Shown one piece after another: positions 55,038-64,000 of a DNA stretch of 64,000 nt. Position 1 is the stretch's first letter; each line of letters opens with the position of its first letter. Below the pieces are notes generated by a model. The model saw only the letters and a program-made list of their open reading frames with translations. It was not told where the DNA came from and ran no database searches. Both the position numbers and the translations under genes were made by a program. The stretch lies in sequence record MT161459.1; one strand, 5' to 3'.

Positions 55038-55826
55038 CTAGAACGCTTCTAGATCATCGAAAGAATCGGGTATAGACAGCTTGTGGGGTTCTACTGGGAA
55101 TACTACTGGATTGACTCCGCCTCCGATGAGGTTATCGAACTCTTCCACGAAGGTATCAGCTTCCGCAGCAATTGCGTTATCCTCGGAATATTCTTCGATA
55201 TTGGTATCGGCACGACCGTCCAACATACGGATTGGGTCCAACTGAGAGTCGAACAGCAGATCTGTAGCGTCGAACTCCGGCTTGAGTTCCTCTCCAGAAT
55301 AAACAAACTTCTGAGCGGTGATTTTGTACTGACTAACTTGACCAGCTTGTAGGAATGGAGCATTCGGTTCCACCCAGATCACCTCAAAGAGACCCTTGCT
55401 CATCGGGAAGAATATCAAGTCCCCTTCTTTAACTACTTCGCCATCGGCCTGTATACTGAATAACTCTGGACTGACTACAAGAGTCATCTCATCATTCACC
55501 TGCATACCGAACTTGCTAAAGAACTCTTGCTGACCGCTAAACCCATCGAAGCTCTCGATATACATAGCAACTCGATACGCTTTCTTGAATTTGGATTGAA
55601 GGTCCTCTCCAAACAGTTTATCGAAGTTGACAAACTCTCTCCGGATATAGAACATTTCAATCCCCTTCATTTGAACCGCTTCCGATACAAGCGATCGAGC
55701 GAGAGCTTGGGTATTTGCGTTGTTGAAGTTATTCACGAACGGATTTGTAATGTGATTGTCGTGGGTATCGTTATAGCCAGACTGATTTTCCAGTCTGGCA
55801 AATAGATGCGAACTTTTCTTGTACAT
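55038..55826 (-). CDS. 14: Neck protein
   Basis: LFARLEN, E.VQM.G.E.FY..REFV..D..FGEDLQSKF, FFSKFG..V.DE. Confidence 0.96.
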   Translation of the reverse strand: MYKKSSHLFARLENQSGYNDTHDNHITNPFVNNFNNANTQALARSLVSEAVQMKGIEMFYIRREFVNFDKLFGEDLQSKFKKAYRVAMYIESFDGFSGQQEFFSKFGMQVNDEMTLVVSPELFSIQADGEVVKEGDLIFFPMSKGLFEVIWVEPNAPFLQAGQVSQYKITAQKFVYSGEELKPEFDATDLLFDSQLDPIRMLDGRADTNIEEYSEDNAIAAEADTFVEEFDNLIGGGVNPVVFPVEPHKLSIPDSFDDLEAF

Positions 55827-55829
55827 GTC

Positions 55830-56750
55830 TTACCCCATGATAATCGGTAGGGGCTCTTCTAGAAGCAGAAGTTCCTGACGCAACGTTTCTTTCTCCATCC
55901 TCGCTTCCTCGATCAGACGCTGACCGTCGATGGTAACACCACCAGGGAGAGCCATGCCTTGGTGTTTGGCCAATATCTGACCCCACACCTCTTTGACGAG
56001 CGTAGTGGAGTAGTCTTTGACCCAACGAACGTTGAGCACGCCTTGATCGGGGAATTCAGATCGCTTTTGACCTGCGAGATTTTTGGGCAGTCGCTTGAAC
56101 GGATCTACCCACATATCAGCGATACTAGCTGGGTCTTTTGATGATCCAGCGCGACCATTTGATCCAGCGATGCCTTGGACAGATCTTTCGATTTCCACAA
56201 AGTTCTGGACATACACTTCCATGATAATGAGATCATCCTCGCGGAAATTGCCAGTCAGTTGCAGGATGCCGTTGATGGGATCCAACCAGTAATCAGGAAG
56301 TGGATCTAGTTGATCCATCATGAGATTCTGGTAGCTATTGAATTGAGCAAAGAACCCGATGTTGCCTAGAGCTCCAAATGGACCATGGTAGCTGATCCCT
56401 TGTGGGCCGCCACCGAGCACCGTCATGAAGTCTGTCATGAAGTTCAATGTAGCGCCTCCCCCAAGTCCGCCCCAGAGTAAACTCTTCTGGCGAATGATTT
56501 TGGAGATGGCAAAAATTGGATAATGGCTTAGATCGATGTAACCAGACTCCGCTTGAGTCTTGTCCATCTTGACGGTGATGTAAGCCTTGTTGAGAGCATC
56601 ATGATGATACTCTTTGTATAGCTCGAGAGCTCGCCCGATGCTATCATAAATCTGATCCTCGGTGATCTCGATCTGGATCACAGGTGCACCAAGACGGCGC
56701 AAAATTAGATCCTTGAGATCCCTTGGGTTCTTGACGTAATTGAGCGCCAT
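55830..56750 (-). CDS. 13: Neck protein
   Basis: NPR.LKD.ILRRLGAP.I.IE.TE.QIYD.I.RALE, WG..LAKHQGM.LPGGVT.DG..LI.EA. Confidence 0.96.
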   Translation of the reverse strand: MALNYVKNPRDLKDLILRRLGAPVIQIEITEDQIYDSIGRALELYKEYHHDALNKAYITVKMDKTQAESGYIDLSHYPIFAISKIIRQKSLLWGGLGGGATLNFMTDFMTVLGGGPQGISYHGPFGALGNIGFFAQFNSYQNLMMDQLDPLPDYWLDPINGILQLTGNFREDDLIIMEVYVQNFVEIERSVQGIAGSNGRAGSSKDPASIADMWVDPFKRLPKNLAGQKRSEFPDQGVLNVRWVKDYSTTLVKEVWGQILAKHQGMALPGGVTIDGQRLIEEARMEKETLRQELLLLEEPLPIIMG

Positions 56751-56759
56751 GGTGTTTCC

Positions 56760-56948
56760 TTATTTGTGAACGATAGGTTGAGCTACTTCATCGCGAGCAT
56801 TCTGGACGCGACTTTCGATAGCGGTAGTGTCATCGGAACAAATGTTGTTGTCTTTGCGTCCTTCGAGGATGCGAACCAACTCTTTCAGGATACACAGAAG
56901 AACTTCTGTGCCAACCTTGCGGAGAATGGCTAATAGGATTAATTGCAT
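56760..56948 (-). CDS. Small amphipathic protein
   Basis: AAGGA RBS; 62 aa; hydrophobic/basic N-half. Confidence 0.65.
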   Translation of the reverse strand: MQLILLAILRKVGTEVLLCILKELVRILEGRKDNNICSDDTTAIESRVQNARDEVAQPIVHK

Positions 56949-56957
56949 AACTTTTCC

Positions 56958-57131
56958 TTATTTGGAATGGCGCACCGTGCCCCAATGGCCGCTGCGCACT
57001 TTAATTGAAACGTCCGTCGACTCGATGAGCTTGTATGCTCCATCGACCTTGATATACGCTTGTGCAACCTTATATTTACCGTTGCACTTAATCAATGGAA
57101 CTCCCACCCGATCTATATGTTCAGCTGTCAT
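56958..57131 (-). CDS. 57-aa beta-rich protein with repeated (Y/I)K(V/C)xGx(Y/W) motifs (not in ORF track)
   Basis: GGAG RBS; MTAEHIDRVGVPLIKCNGKYKVAQAYIKVDGAYKLIESTDVSIKVRSGHWGTVRHSK. Confidence 0.75.
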   Translation of the reverse strand: MTAEHIDRVGVPLIKCNGKYKVAQAYIKVDGAYKLIESTDVSIKVRSGHWGTVRHSK

Positions 57132-57145
57132 AAGCTCTCCAGTTA

Positions 57146-57171
57146 GGAGTGGTGGACGAATCCACCACTCC
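57146..57171 (-). other. Perfect 11-bp hairpin between genes
   Basis: Minus strand GGAGTGGTGGA-TTCG-TCCACCACTCC, no U-tract. Confidence 0.75.
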
Positions 57172-57172
57172 C

Positions 57173-57796
57173 TTAGTATTTCAAGTAAAGGTGACCGTCT
57201 GGATAACCATCGTCGTCCTGCGGTTCTTCCGTGCCGTACGTGTACATATGGTGCATATGCAACACGATATAATCCTTGATATTACCGTCATCCACCAAAC
57301 AGTGGTCAGCCCATTCGTCACTGCCAGGAGTAATTTCTCTCCGGACGGACGCTGACTGGTTCGGCCCACGAATAAGAACAATGGACGATGTCGGATTCCC
57401 TACAGTCACCTTGTTATCGGTGCCTATTCCAATTAAGGATTTCTGCTCGCGATCTTTCGTCCAACCGTCAAACGTTTGGCCGTAATCTACACTCACATCA
57501 CTCAACACTACGCCAGACAACACCATATCGGTTACCGGCTTAGAGTTTCCATTATTCTTTGGACCAACATAATAATGGAGTCCGTCTTTACTCATCTCGA
57601 TCAAGTTTTTTCTGCCACTATCGGTAGCAGCCTTGATTGAATACTCGTACGGAACAACGAACTCCTTATTGGTAGAATCAGAGAAGAGCAACACAGCTCT
57701 CTTGCTCTCATCTCCCTGCACTACTTGACCGCACTCCGATCCATCTCCATTGTTATGGATGATTTCTGGTAGGTCGGTAATCTTCACGATTGACAT
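57173..57796 (-). CDS. Short fibre-like structural protein
   Basis: N-terminal KITDLP; LIGIGTDNKVTVGN module like Wac repeats; C-terminal PDGHLYLKY. Confidence 0.7.
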   Translation of the reverse strand: MSIVKITDLPEIIHNNGDGSECGQVVQGDESKRAVLLFSDSTNKEFVVPYEYSIKAATDSGRKNLIEMSKDGLHYYVGPKNNGNSKPVTDMVLSGVVLSDVSVDYGQTFDGWTKDREQKSLIGIGTDNKVTVGNPTSSIVLIRGPNQSASVRREITPGSDEWADHCLVDDGNIKDYIVLHMHHMYTYGTEEPQDDDGYPDGHLYLKY

Positions 57797-57810
57797 ATTC
57801 TAAGTCCTTC

Positions 57811-59409
57811 TTACGGGGTAATGACATTTCCTTCTTCTGTACCCATTAGTCGCCCGGATTGTGTAGCCATTAGGTTCTTCTTGGAACTGACTATTCTAGT
57901 TGTGTTTGTTTGCACTGTTCCAAATCGATTAGAGTACTCTGCGTAGTACTGGAGTCCGTAGTCGTAGGATGCACCTATTACCACAGTCAATACAGGCTTT
58001 GTAGCCCCTTCAATTGGTCCATACTGCGTTCTCCACTGAACCTTATCCCATCCAGCTGCAGTTGTTGGGATATTCAGAGTTGCTCCTGACGTACCTACGT
58101 ATGACGGATCTGGCTGCTTGGTGATCTGTGGAAGTAACTTTCCGATCCATCGGAAATCTTTATCCTCGACTCCGGCCATGGTCACGAACCAAGGTTCGAA
58201 ACTCCCAAGCACAGATTCTCTGGAAATATTGCCCGACCCCTCTTCGAGGTTGAACAGATAGTTGGTCTGGTTGAAATACAGCGCAAACTGTTCTACAGTC
58301 AGACCCTTCGTCTTGTAGAACTTCGATCCGAATATAGAATCGAAAGATCCTATGATTGGCTGCGCTGGCTTGATCTGGCTTACCAACTTACCATTCACGT
58401 GAAGTCGAATATTGCCTACATATCCACCGGCTACGTCGAACCATAGACCGAACCCCAGAACCACATTCGGTGGCAGAGTTCCAACTACATCAGATTCAGC
58501 TACGATAACACCATCTGACATGACAAACATAGTGTGACTCGATTTGCGATAGCCGATACCAGTTGACCTAAAGTCATCGGATCTCGATAGCATCATGATT
58601 GAGTCGCTAGCTGTATCCGACATGACGATACTAGACTCAACGTGATGCGTACCTTGATCCAGATTCAATGTGTGGTCGAATTGCATCCAAGAATTATCCA
58701 GAATCACCGCATTGTACGTCACGGTACGCGGAGTCGCTTGGTAGCTTAACAATGCGCTAGATTTCGTCACCTGCGGAGCTTGAATCTGGATATCGCCACT
58801 GTCGTTGTAATCCACACCAACCCCAATATTGAACTGAATTAGACAATCCTTGAGCGCTTTGAACACGCATTGGACTCGCGTATTAGCTACCAGTTCCGGT
58901 ACTGTGGGGAATGGTGTAATGATCTGCAAATATTCAGATTGACGATCTGCTGGGACTCCATCCGCGTAGATATCCAAAGACTTGCGTCCAACTTGCAGAT
59001 TGATTCGCTTGATCATAGCGCTAGCGTTGTACGTCTCGCCTTGTCTCACATAGATGCGAGCTTGGAAGAACATCCGACTCTGAGCAGCCTTGAACGTATA
59101 TGATCTGCTGTATTCTAGATCGCTATTCGCATACGTAGCGTACGCATTGCCACCAGCTGATGGAGCGTTAGAGAATGCACTCCACCCAGGAGGTGGAGTC
59201 CCAATTACAGTACCGTCGATGTATGTGAAGTAGTCAGATCCATTAAGCATCCGACTATTCGTTACAAGGTTTTCGTCAACTGGATCGTAAGTACGTCTCC
59301 ACGTTCCGCCGGAGAAAACCCAAGCTACTGCATCTCTCCAGTAGCCACCATAAACTTTTGGCGCTGCCTCGTGCAGCGCCAGTTTGTCGTCGTAAATTTT
59401 GATAGGCAT
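57811..59409 (-). CDS. Putative adhesin: carbohydrate-binding-like, LamG-like and Ig-like domains
   Basis: N-terminal KVYGGYW...VFSGGTW; ITKQP...QW...I.GAT..L...Y.N..G.V Ig pattern; C-terminal LMATQSGRLMGTEEGNVI. Confidence 0.65.
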   Translation of the reverse strand: MPIKIYDDKLALHEAAPKVYGGYWRDAVAWVFSGGTWRRTYDPVDENLVTNSRMLNGSDYFTYIDGTVIGTPPPGWSAFSNAPSAGGNAYATYANSDLEYSRSYTFKAAQSRMFFQARIYVRQGETYNASAMIKRINLQVGRKSLDIYADGVPADRQSEYLQIITPFPTVPELVANTRVQCVFKALKDCLIQFNIGVGVDYNDSGDIQIQAPQVTKSSALLSYQATPRTVTYNAVILDNSWMQFDHTLNLDQGTHHVESSIVMSDTASDSIMMLSRSDDFRSTGIGYRKSSHTMFVMSDGVIVAESDVVGTLPPNVVLGFGLWFDVAGGYVGNIRLHVNGKLVSQIKPAQPIIGSFDSIFGSKFYKTKGLTVEQFALYFNQTNYLFNLEEGSGNISRESVLGSFEPWFVTMAGVEDKDFRWIGKLLPQITKQPDPSYVGTSGATLNIPTTAAGWDKVQWRTQYGPIEGATKPVLTVVIGASYDYGLQYYAEYSNRFGTVQTNTTRIVSSKKNLMATQSGRLMGTEEGNVITP

Positions 59410-59418
59410 GCGTATTCC

Positions 59419-62400
59419 TTAGTTGACAAACTCGAAGAATACATCGCCTTCTTTCGGGTTTGCTGGTTTATCGGTTGCGAAGTTGCCGTAGTAATATGAC
59501 TCGGTCCAAGCTCCGTCGCGTCTTGAGAATCGTTTACCGTTCTTCGGCGCTTCGTATGCATTGGATGTCATTACTATATCTCCATTCACCGTTACTGCAC
59601 TCTTAGAGTTGATCACGGTGTCTGCAACAATATCCCCAATAACAACTTGGTTGTTACTAGCTCCGTTGTCGGCGATAGCAATCACGTTAACATCAACTCT
59701 GTCCAACATTCCGCGAATGCTGGTGCGTTGACTTTCGGACGGCTGTGCGAGGGCAAACGACATTACCTTACCATTTAGCTTGGTATACGAAGCAGCGTTG
59801 CTCAGATCTACAACTGTGTCGGATCCTTGAACGGAAGCGCTACCGACAACTACTCCAGCAGCCTTGTAACTCTTGCCGGCGTTGATCGACACATCAGCAT
59901 CTGGGTTGACCCCGTTGAATATCTGCGTCCATGAGTTGTTGCGTCTTGCGTAGTACTTCTGATCGTTCGGAGCATCAATACCATCGTGCCACACTCTATG
60001 AGTTGCCTCACCGATGGTAACGCTTGGAACTGTTGCGAAGATCGTTGGAGCCTTGATGTCACCAATAACCAGCTTGTCGGTCAGCATAGTCAGGATATTG
60101 ACGTCCTGGCTCAGGATACGACCGGTTATTTTGGTCCCTTCCGCCATCTTAACGTTGTCCAGCGTACCACCAATCGTGACTTTCCGGTTGGTTTTATCGC
60201 CGATCACAATCTCGCCAGTCGGAGCTGCGTAGATGATGTCTACTACACCGCCGTTGGTGTTCCCAGTCAGTTTCATTGCACTTTGCAGTGCAATACTCTG
60301 AGCGCCAACCAGATCCCACTTACCAACTCCAGCCTTGCAAACGCGAGTGTATTGCATTCCGTTGTTTGGAGCTTCTTCGCCAATTCCGCCGCCACCGCCA
60401 CCTGGGTTGAACGCTGTCCACGCATGGTCTTTGCGAGCGTAGAATGCGCCATCTGCTGGAGCATCCAGTCCGTCGTGCCACACTTTGTGATCGAAGTTGC
60501 TACCACGAATATGGACAGACGATAGATCGTCTCCCTGAGCACGAATCACAGTCTTGTGAGAATCGTTTCCGACGACCAACTCATCCGACACGTTGATAGC
60601 CATCAAACTTACGGCATTGCCATCAGTATCGCGACTAGCAATACTGCTACCAGCTGCGATTGTCAGATCCGCAATATCACTACGCACAGACATCGGGATC
60701 TTAGTGTCGCCGAGATCCAACCGAGAACCTGCAGTGTTGTTGCGAACGATGTTATACGTGGTAGTTCTTCCATCAGATCCGGAAATTGCAGTATCTGCAG
60801 TCATCTCAAATCCAACGCGCGGATCGATGTCTTGTACGAACTCAGCGAGGTTGCCGGTGTGCAGCATTTCTTTGGTTTCTGCGCCGTAGGTCACGGTCAT
60901 GGACTCGCCATCAGCTACACGGAAGTCGATCGAGCTGCGCTTGATCGTCAACTTATCGGTCGTTGCGTCGATAGCAGGCAATCCGCCAAATGTAATGGAC
61001 GTTGCATCCAACGGCTCGACCAGCTTGCCGCGGATTGCTATGTCTGTCGCCGATTGGCCAATCACGATCAGGTTGGGCTTCGATTCGCGAGCTTCGTGAG
61101 ATACCAGCACAACGCCTTGTGGAGTTCTCAGAGTTCTAGTTGCGCCAACCACGATGTCATTATTGAACGCATCGACCCACTCCCACTTACTATTCACAAA
61201 CTTACGAACGTATGACGCGTCAACGTTCTGCGCAGTTGGATCGAGAATGAAACCACTACCAGCGATATACGGTTTGTACATCCGGTCGTACATCAAACGC
61301 CCAGCCTCTCCGACCCCAATTTGTTGGTATTCGGTATCAGCGACGTCTTTAGTACCGCGGATAACTTCCTTCAACCCAGTTTTGGGAGTATCGATCGTCT
61401 CGCTAAAGTTTTTCAGTTTTGGAGTGTGATCCAAGTTAACTACGTCACTCAAAGATTTCAGGATGCCATCATGGCGATCGTAGTCATTAGCTTGTTTGAG
61501 GACCTGAGTTGCTAAGTCGCCACGCAGGCCGTCAGTTGGGCTTAGACCAACCAAACCTTCGAGGTTTGCAACCTTTTCTTGGCTGATCTCAATCTCTTGC
61601 CAAGCGGTCTTTTGACTGACTGTCGGCTTCCCGACGTTGTATTTCAGCTCGATAATATCCCGCTGAGCGGTAAACAGATCGGTCTGGTTGGCACCAACGT
61701 CTCCGCGTACAGATCGCGTATATTCCCAGATGTTGTTGACTGTAATCTGTTCCCCAGCGCGGTTGTTGTAAACCATTGGGAATCCCGCGGTATTAACAGC
61801 CACGTCTAACCGTGCAATATCCTTAGACCCTTCGTCAGCATGCAGCTCGGTTGCAGTCAATCGGTCGTAGATTGTCTTCCCTTCGATGGCAGATGTCGTC
61901 GGACCCATCTCGTTACGCAGATCGCGAGTGTTTCGGATTAGTACATCTGGCGTATCGCCATCCCACCACTTTTCCAAACCGGTAATACGTGTCTCATGGT
62001 TGGTAATGGTTTCCCAGTCGCGTTCTACTTGACCTTTGACTCCAAGTCCTGGAGCGTCTACATCTGGATTGCCGTTGACGTCAAACCCTTTGTAGTTACC
62101 CAACATGGTCTTGATGTTGCGAATCTCTTGGCGTACGTTAGCTTTTGGCTCAGTTGGTTCCTGAGTCCCGATATCTACTTTGATTCCAGCAACGTTGCCG
62201 TCAGTGACAGCCAGCGCATCGTGAACCTCAGTGACCTGGAGCTTCAACTCAGCTTCCGATTTCTCAACGGCAGTGACTCGATCGTATATGTTAGTGCCAT
62301 CACCGGTAGCGTTGATGATCTCGTCGTGTACGTTGATCAGATCAACTACTTTATCCAGCACGCCTTTGGATACGTTGATGTTGTCGTTCAAGGTAGTGAC

Positions 62401-62571
62401 GTTGACTTGGACCTTAACCGACCCGCGGTTCAGCGCACCTTCGTTGGTTAGTGCACTGTCAGCTCCATCTAGTTCCTCCCCGTCTTGGATCCAGTCAATA
62501 CGAGATTGGCCTGCTGCTGGCAGGCCATCTACATACGGTAACTGGTGCAAATCTTTTTTCTCAATCGTCAT
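59419..62571 (-). CDS. wac: Fibritin (collar/whiskers), extended to about 1050 aa
   Basis: LPYVDG.P..GQSRI.WI..GEEL.GAD matches T4 Wac N-terminus; coiled coil; several foldon-like motifs; CTAAATA at 62601-62607. Confidence 0.93.
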   Translation of the reverse strand: MTIEKKDLHQLPYVDGLPAAGQSRIDWIQDGEELDGADSALTNEGALNRGSVKVQVNVTTLNDNINVSKGVLDKVVDLINVHDEIINATGDGTNIYDRVTAVEKSEAELKLQVTEVHDALAVTDGNVAGIKVDIGTQEPTEPKANVRQEIRNIKTMLGNYKGFDVNGNPDVDAPGLGVKGQVERDWETITNHETRITGLEKWWDGDTPDVLIRNTRDLRNEMGPTTSAIEGKTIYDRLTATELHADEGSKDIARLDVAVNTAGFPMVYNNRAGEQITVNNIWEYTRSVRGDVGANQTDLFTAQRDIIELKYNVGKPTVSQKTAWQEIEISQEKVANLEGLVGLSPTDGLRGDLATQVLKQANDYDRHDGILKSLSDVVNLDHTPKLKNFSETIDTPKTGLKEVIRGTKDVADTEYQQIGVGEAGRLMYDRMYKPYIAGSGFILDPTAQNVDASYVRKFVNSKWEWVDAFNNDIVVGATRTLRTPQGVVLVSHEARESKPNLIVIGQSATDIAIRGKLVEPLDATSITFGGLPAIDATTDKLTIKRSSIDFRVADGESMTVTYGAETKEMLHTGNLAEFVQDIDPRVGFEMTADTAISGSDGRTTTYNIVRNNTAGSRLDLGDTKIPMSVRSDIADLTIAAGSSIASRDTDGNAVSLMAINVSDELVVGNDSHKTVIRAQGDDLSSVHIRGSNFDHKVWHDGLDAPADGAFYARKDHAWTAFNPGGGGGGIGEEAPNNGMQYTRVCKAGVGKWDLVGAQSIALQSAMKLTGNTNGGVVDIIYAAPTGEIVIGDKTNRKVTIGGTLDNVKMAEGTKITGRILSQDVNILTMLTDKLVIGDIKAPTIFATVPSVTIGEATHRVWHDGIDAPNDQKYYARRNNSWTQIFNGVNPDADVSINAGKSYKAAGVVVGSASVQGSDTVVDLSNAASYTKLNGKVMSFALAQPSESQRTSIRGMLDRVDVNVIAIADNGASNNQVVIGDIVADTVINSKSAVTVNGDIVMTSNAYEAPKNGKRFSRRDGAWTESYYYGNFATDKPANPKEGDVFFEFVN

Positions 62572-62610
62572 AGATTTCACCTTATTGGTTGTAATACTTG
62601 TATTTAGCTA

Positions 62611-63921
62611 TCACGCAATGGTATACTTGACGCCAAATATGTTCCATATGTAGCTATTCTCCGCATGTGGAATGAACGTTCTGCCGGATGCGTCAAAGTG
62701 TCCGTACCAGAACAATCCTTCGCAAGGGAGAAGGTTGATTTCGCCGTATCGATTCATCATGCTCTCGATCTGCTGCTTGCTGAACTTGTTGGAGTTGTAA
62801 TACCCACGTCCATCTGCACCACCTTCGACAACAATAGCATCGAAGTTCCACCACGGTTGGTTCATAGTGAATTTACCGCGATCCAAAGGTCCGGCCCAAA
62901 TGTGAGTCCAGCTCTCGACGAGGGTACCGTGGCCGTGGCCATTTGGAGATCTGGTTCCCACTTGCCCATCCACATAGTCTTTGCGCGTTAAAGCGTCTCC
63001 GCGTCCACTTTGTCCAACAGCTGAATACACGTTAGTTGTGACCAGATCGCCAGCCATCGAATCGCCGTAACGATTGATGAATAGCGTAGCTCCATGAGCA
63101 GACAATGCTTTGTTGGTGACATTAGCTGCAGCTCCATGTAAGAGTGCTGTGATCCCATACTGGCTATCCGATGCGATTGGCATAGTTGCTGGAGAAATAG
63201 CTACATCTCCGAGAGATCTTGCGTTGGCTTCAGCTTGAGTAGCCATTCGAATGGTACCAACTTGGGATTGGGACGCTCTCGTGTTGATGAATCCTTTCGG
63301 AGTCACTGCATATCCTTCGTGCAGAGCTGCGTTCGTGATCGGAGATGCTGCGTTCTTGACTGTCCCAGAAGTTGTCTCCGATGCACCGCTGATTGACGTC
63401 ACGGCGAATGTGTCAATTGCCGCCTTTACCTTCATTGGAGTCATTGCAGTTGTATCGTCAACGCCACCCTTCGCTGCAGTCAATGTTGATATGGACATCG
63501 TACCACGTTTGCCCTCCGTAGGAATGGACTTGGTTCGCAGAACGTCCCATAATGTGGATGTGCTCACAGACAGATCGATCTTAGCAGCAGCTTCCTCGCG
63601 TTCCGCTACGGTGCTATATCGAACCAGACCGTATACCGATTCGGTAGCATTCGGGCGCGACATCTTGGTGTGTAACGTGAACGGTGTGACAATCTTAGTC
63701 TTGTCGGTACCGGCCAACACTTCGTCTAGTGTAGCCAACTCGCCGATCCCACTCGCGGTTTCGGTTGCAATTGGAAGTGGCTTGGTTGCATGAGCGCTGA
63801 TGGCATTAGCCATCAGCTGGAGGTCAATAATCGTGGGTCCAAATGCTGCGGTTTTGGTCGGATCCAGAATAACCGCGTCAGCTTTCGAGCTAATATGCTG
63901 ACTGTTGTTGTTCGCTCTCAA
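62611..63921 (-). CDS. 12: Short tail fibre
   Basis: N..QHIS..A..V..DP start; six A(T/S)E...G...(L/I)(A/S)T repeats; TTG start with GGAG RBS. Confidence 0.88.
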   Translation of the reverse strand: MRANNNSQHISSKADAVILDPTKTAAFGPTIIDLQLMANAISAHATKPLPIATETASGIGELATLDEVLAGTDKTKIVTPFTLHTKMSRPNATESVYGLVRYSTVAEREEAAAKIDLSVSTSTLWDVLRTKSIPTEGKRGTMSISTLTAAKGGVDDTTAMTPMKVKAAIDTFAVTSISGASETTSGTVKNAASPITNAALHEGYAVTPKGFINTRASQSQVGTIRMATQAEANARSLGDVAISPATMPIASDSQYGITALLHGAAANVTNKALSAHGATLFINRYGDSMAGDLVTTNVYSAVGQSGRGDALTRKDYVDGQVGTRSPNGHGHGTLVESWTHIWAGPLDRGKFTMNQPWWNFDAIVVEGGADGRGYYNSNKFSKQQIESMMNRYGEINLLPCEGLFWYGHFDASGRTFIPHAENSYIWNIFGVKYTIA

Positions 63922-63998
63922 GATATTCTCTCCCAGTAATAAAGCGTGCTGACTTTCTTATCTAGATCTGTGATGGGGACCTCTGCAAACTTCCGCCA
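63918..63998 (-). CDS. 11: Baseplate wedge protein, 3' end only
   Basis: ...TLYYWERIS-stop resembles T4 gp11 YYFERIA; directly upstream of gene 12. Confidence 0.7.
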   Translation of the reverse strand, partial: WRKFAEVPITDLDKKVSTLYYWERIS

Positions 63999-64000
63999 TT

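Overview
A 64-kb segment of a large T4-like (Straboviridae-type) lytic phage genome. Late promoters mostly read CTAAATA rather than T4's TATAAATA. As I recall, that matches the Aeromonas phage Aeh1 group, but the host cannot be read from the sequence. The + strand carries early and accessory genes: td (3' part), denA, rnlA, a CCA-adding enzyme, NatV-like NadM-Nudix, a macrodomain, spanins, an SLT, pseT, cd, 31, rIII, NADAR 30.3, 30.2, DNA ligase, dda, uvsY, rnlB, two inh paralogs and about 50 unknown ORFs. The - strand carries alt, uvsW and the late morphogenesis block 11(part)-12-wac-13-14-15-16-17-18-19-20-67-68-21-22-23-24. No tRNA, CRISPR array, intron or transposase was seen. Four observations stand out. 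(i) A 1050-aa multi-foldon fibritin is followed by three extra late genes whose termini look like a chain of docking motifs; one of these, a 57-aa ORF, is missing from the ORF track. (ii) A ~180-190-bp structured non-coding element is present twice, 38 kb apart and inverted, and one copy has perfect 15-bp terminal inverted repeats. (iii) An uncharacterised Cys-rich membrane protein sits with a LemA-like gene. (iv) Several early promoters have their -10 box bracketed by inverted repeats. ADP-ribose/NAD and tRNA-repair enzyme sets are also present. Functional calls come from motifs and recalled similarity to T4 proteins; no database search was run.
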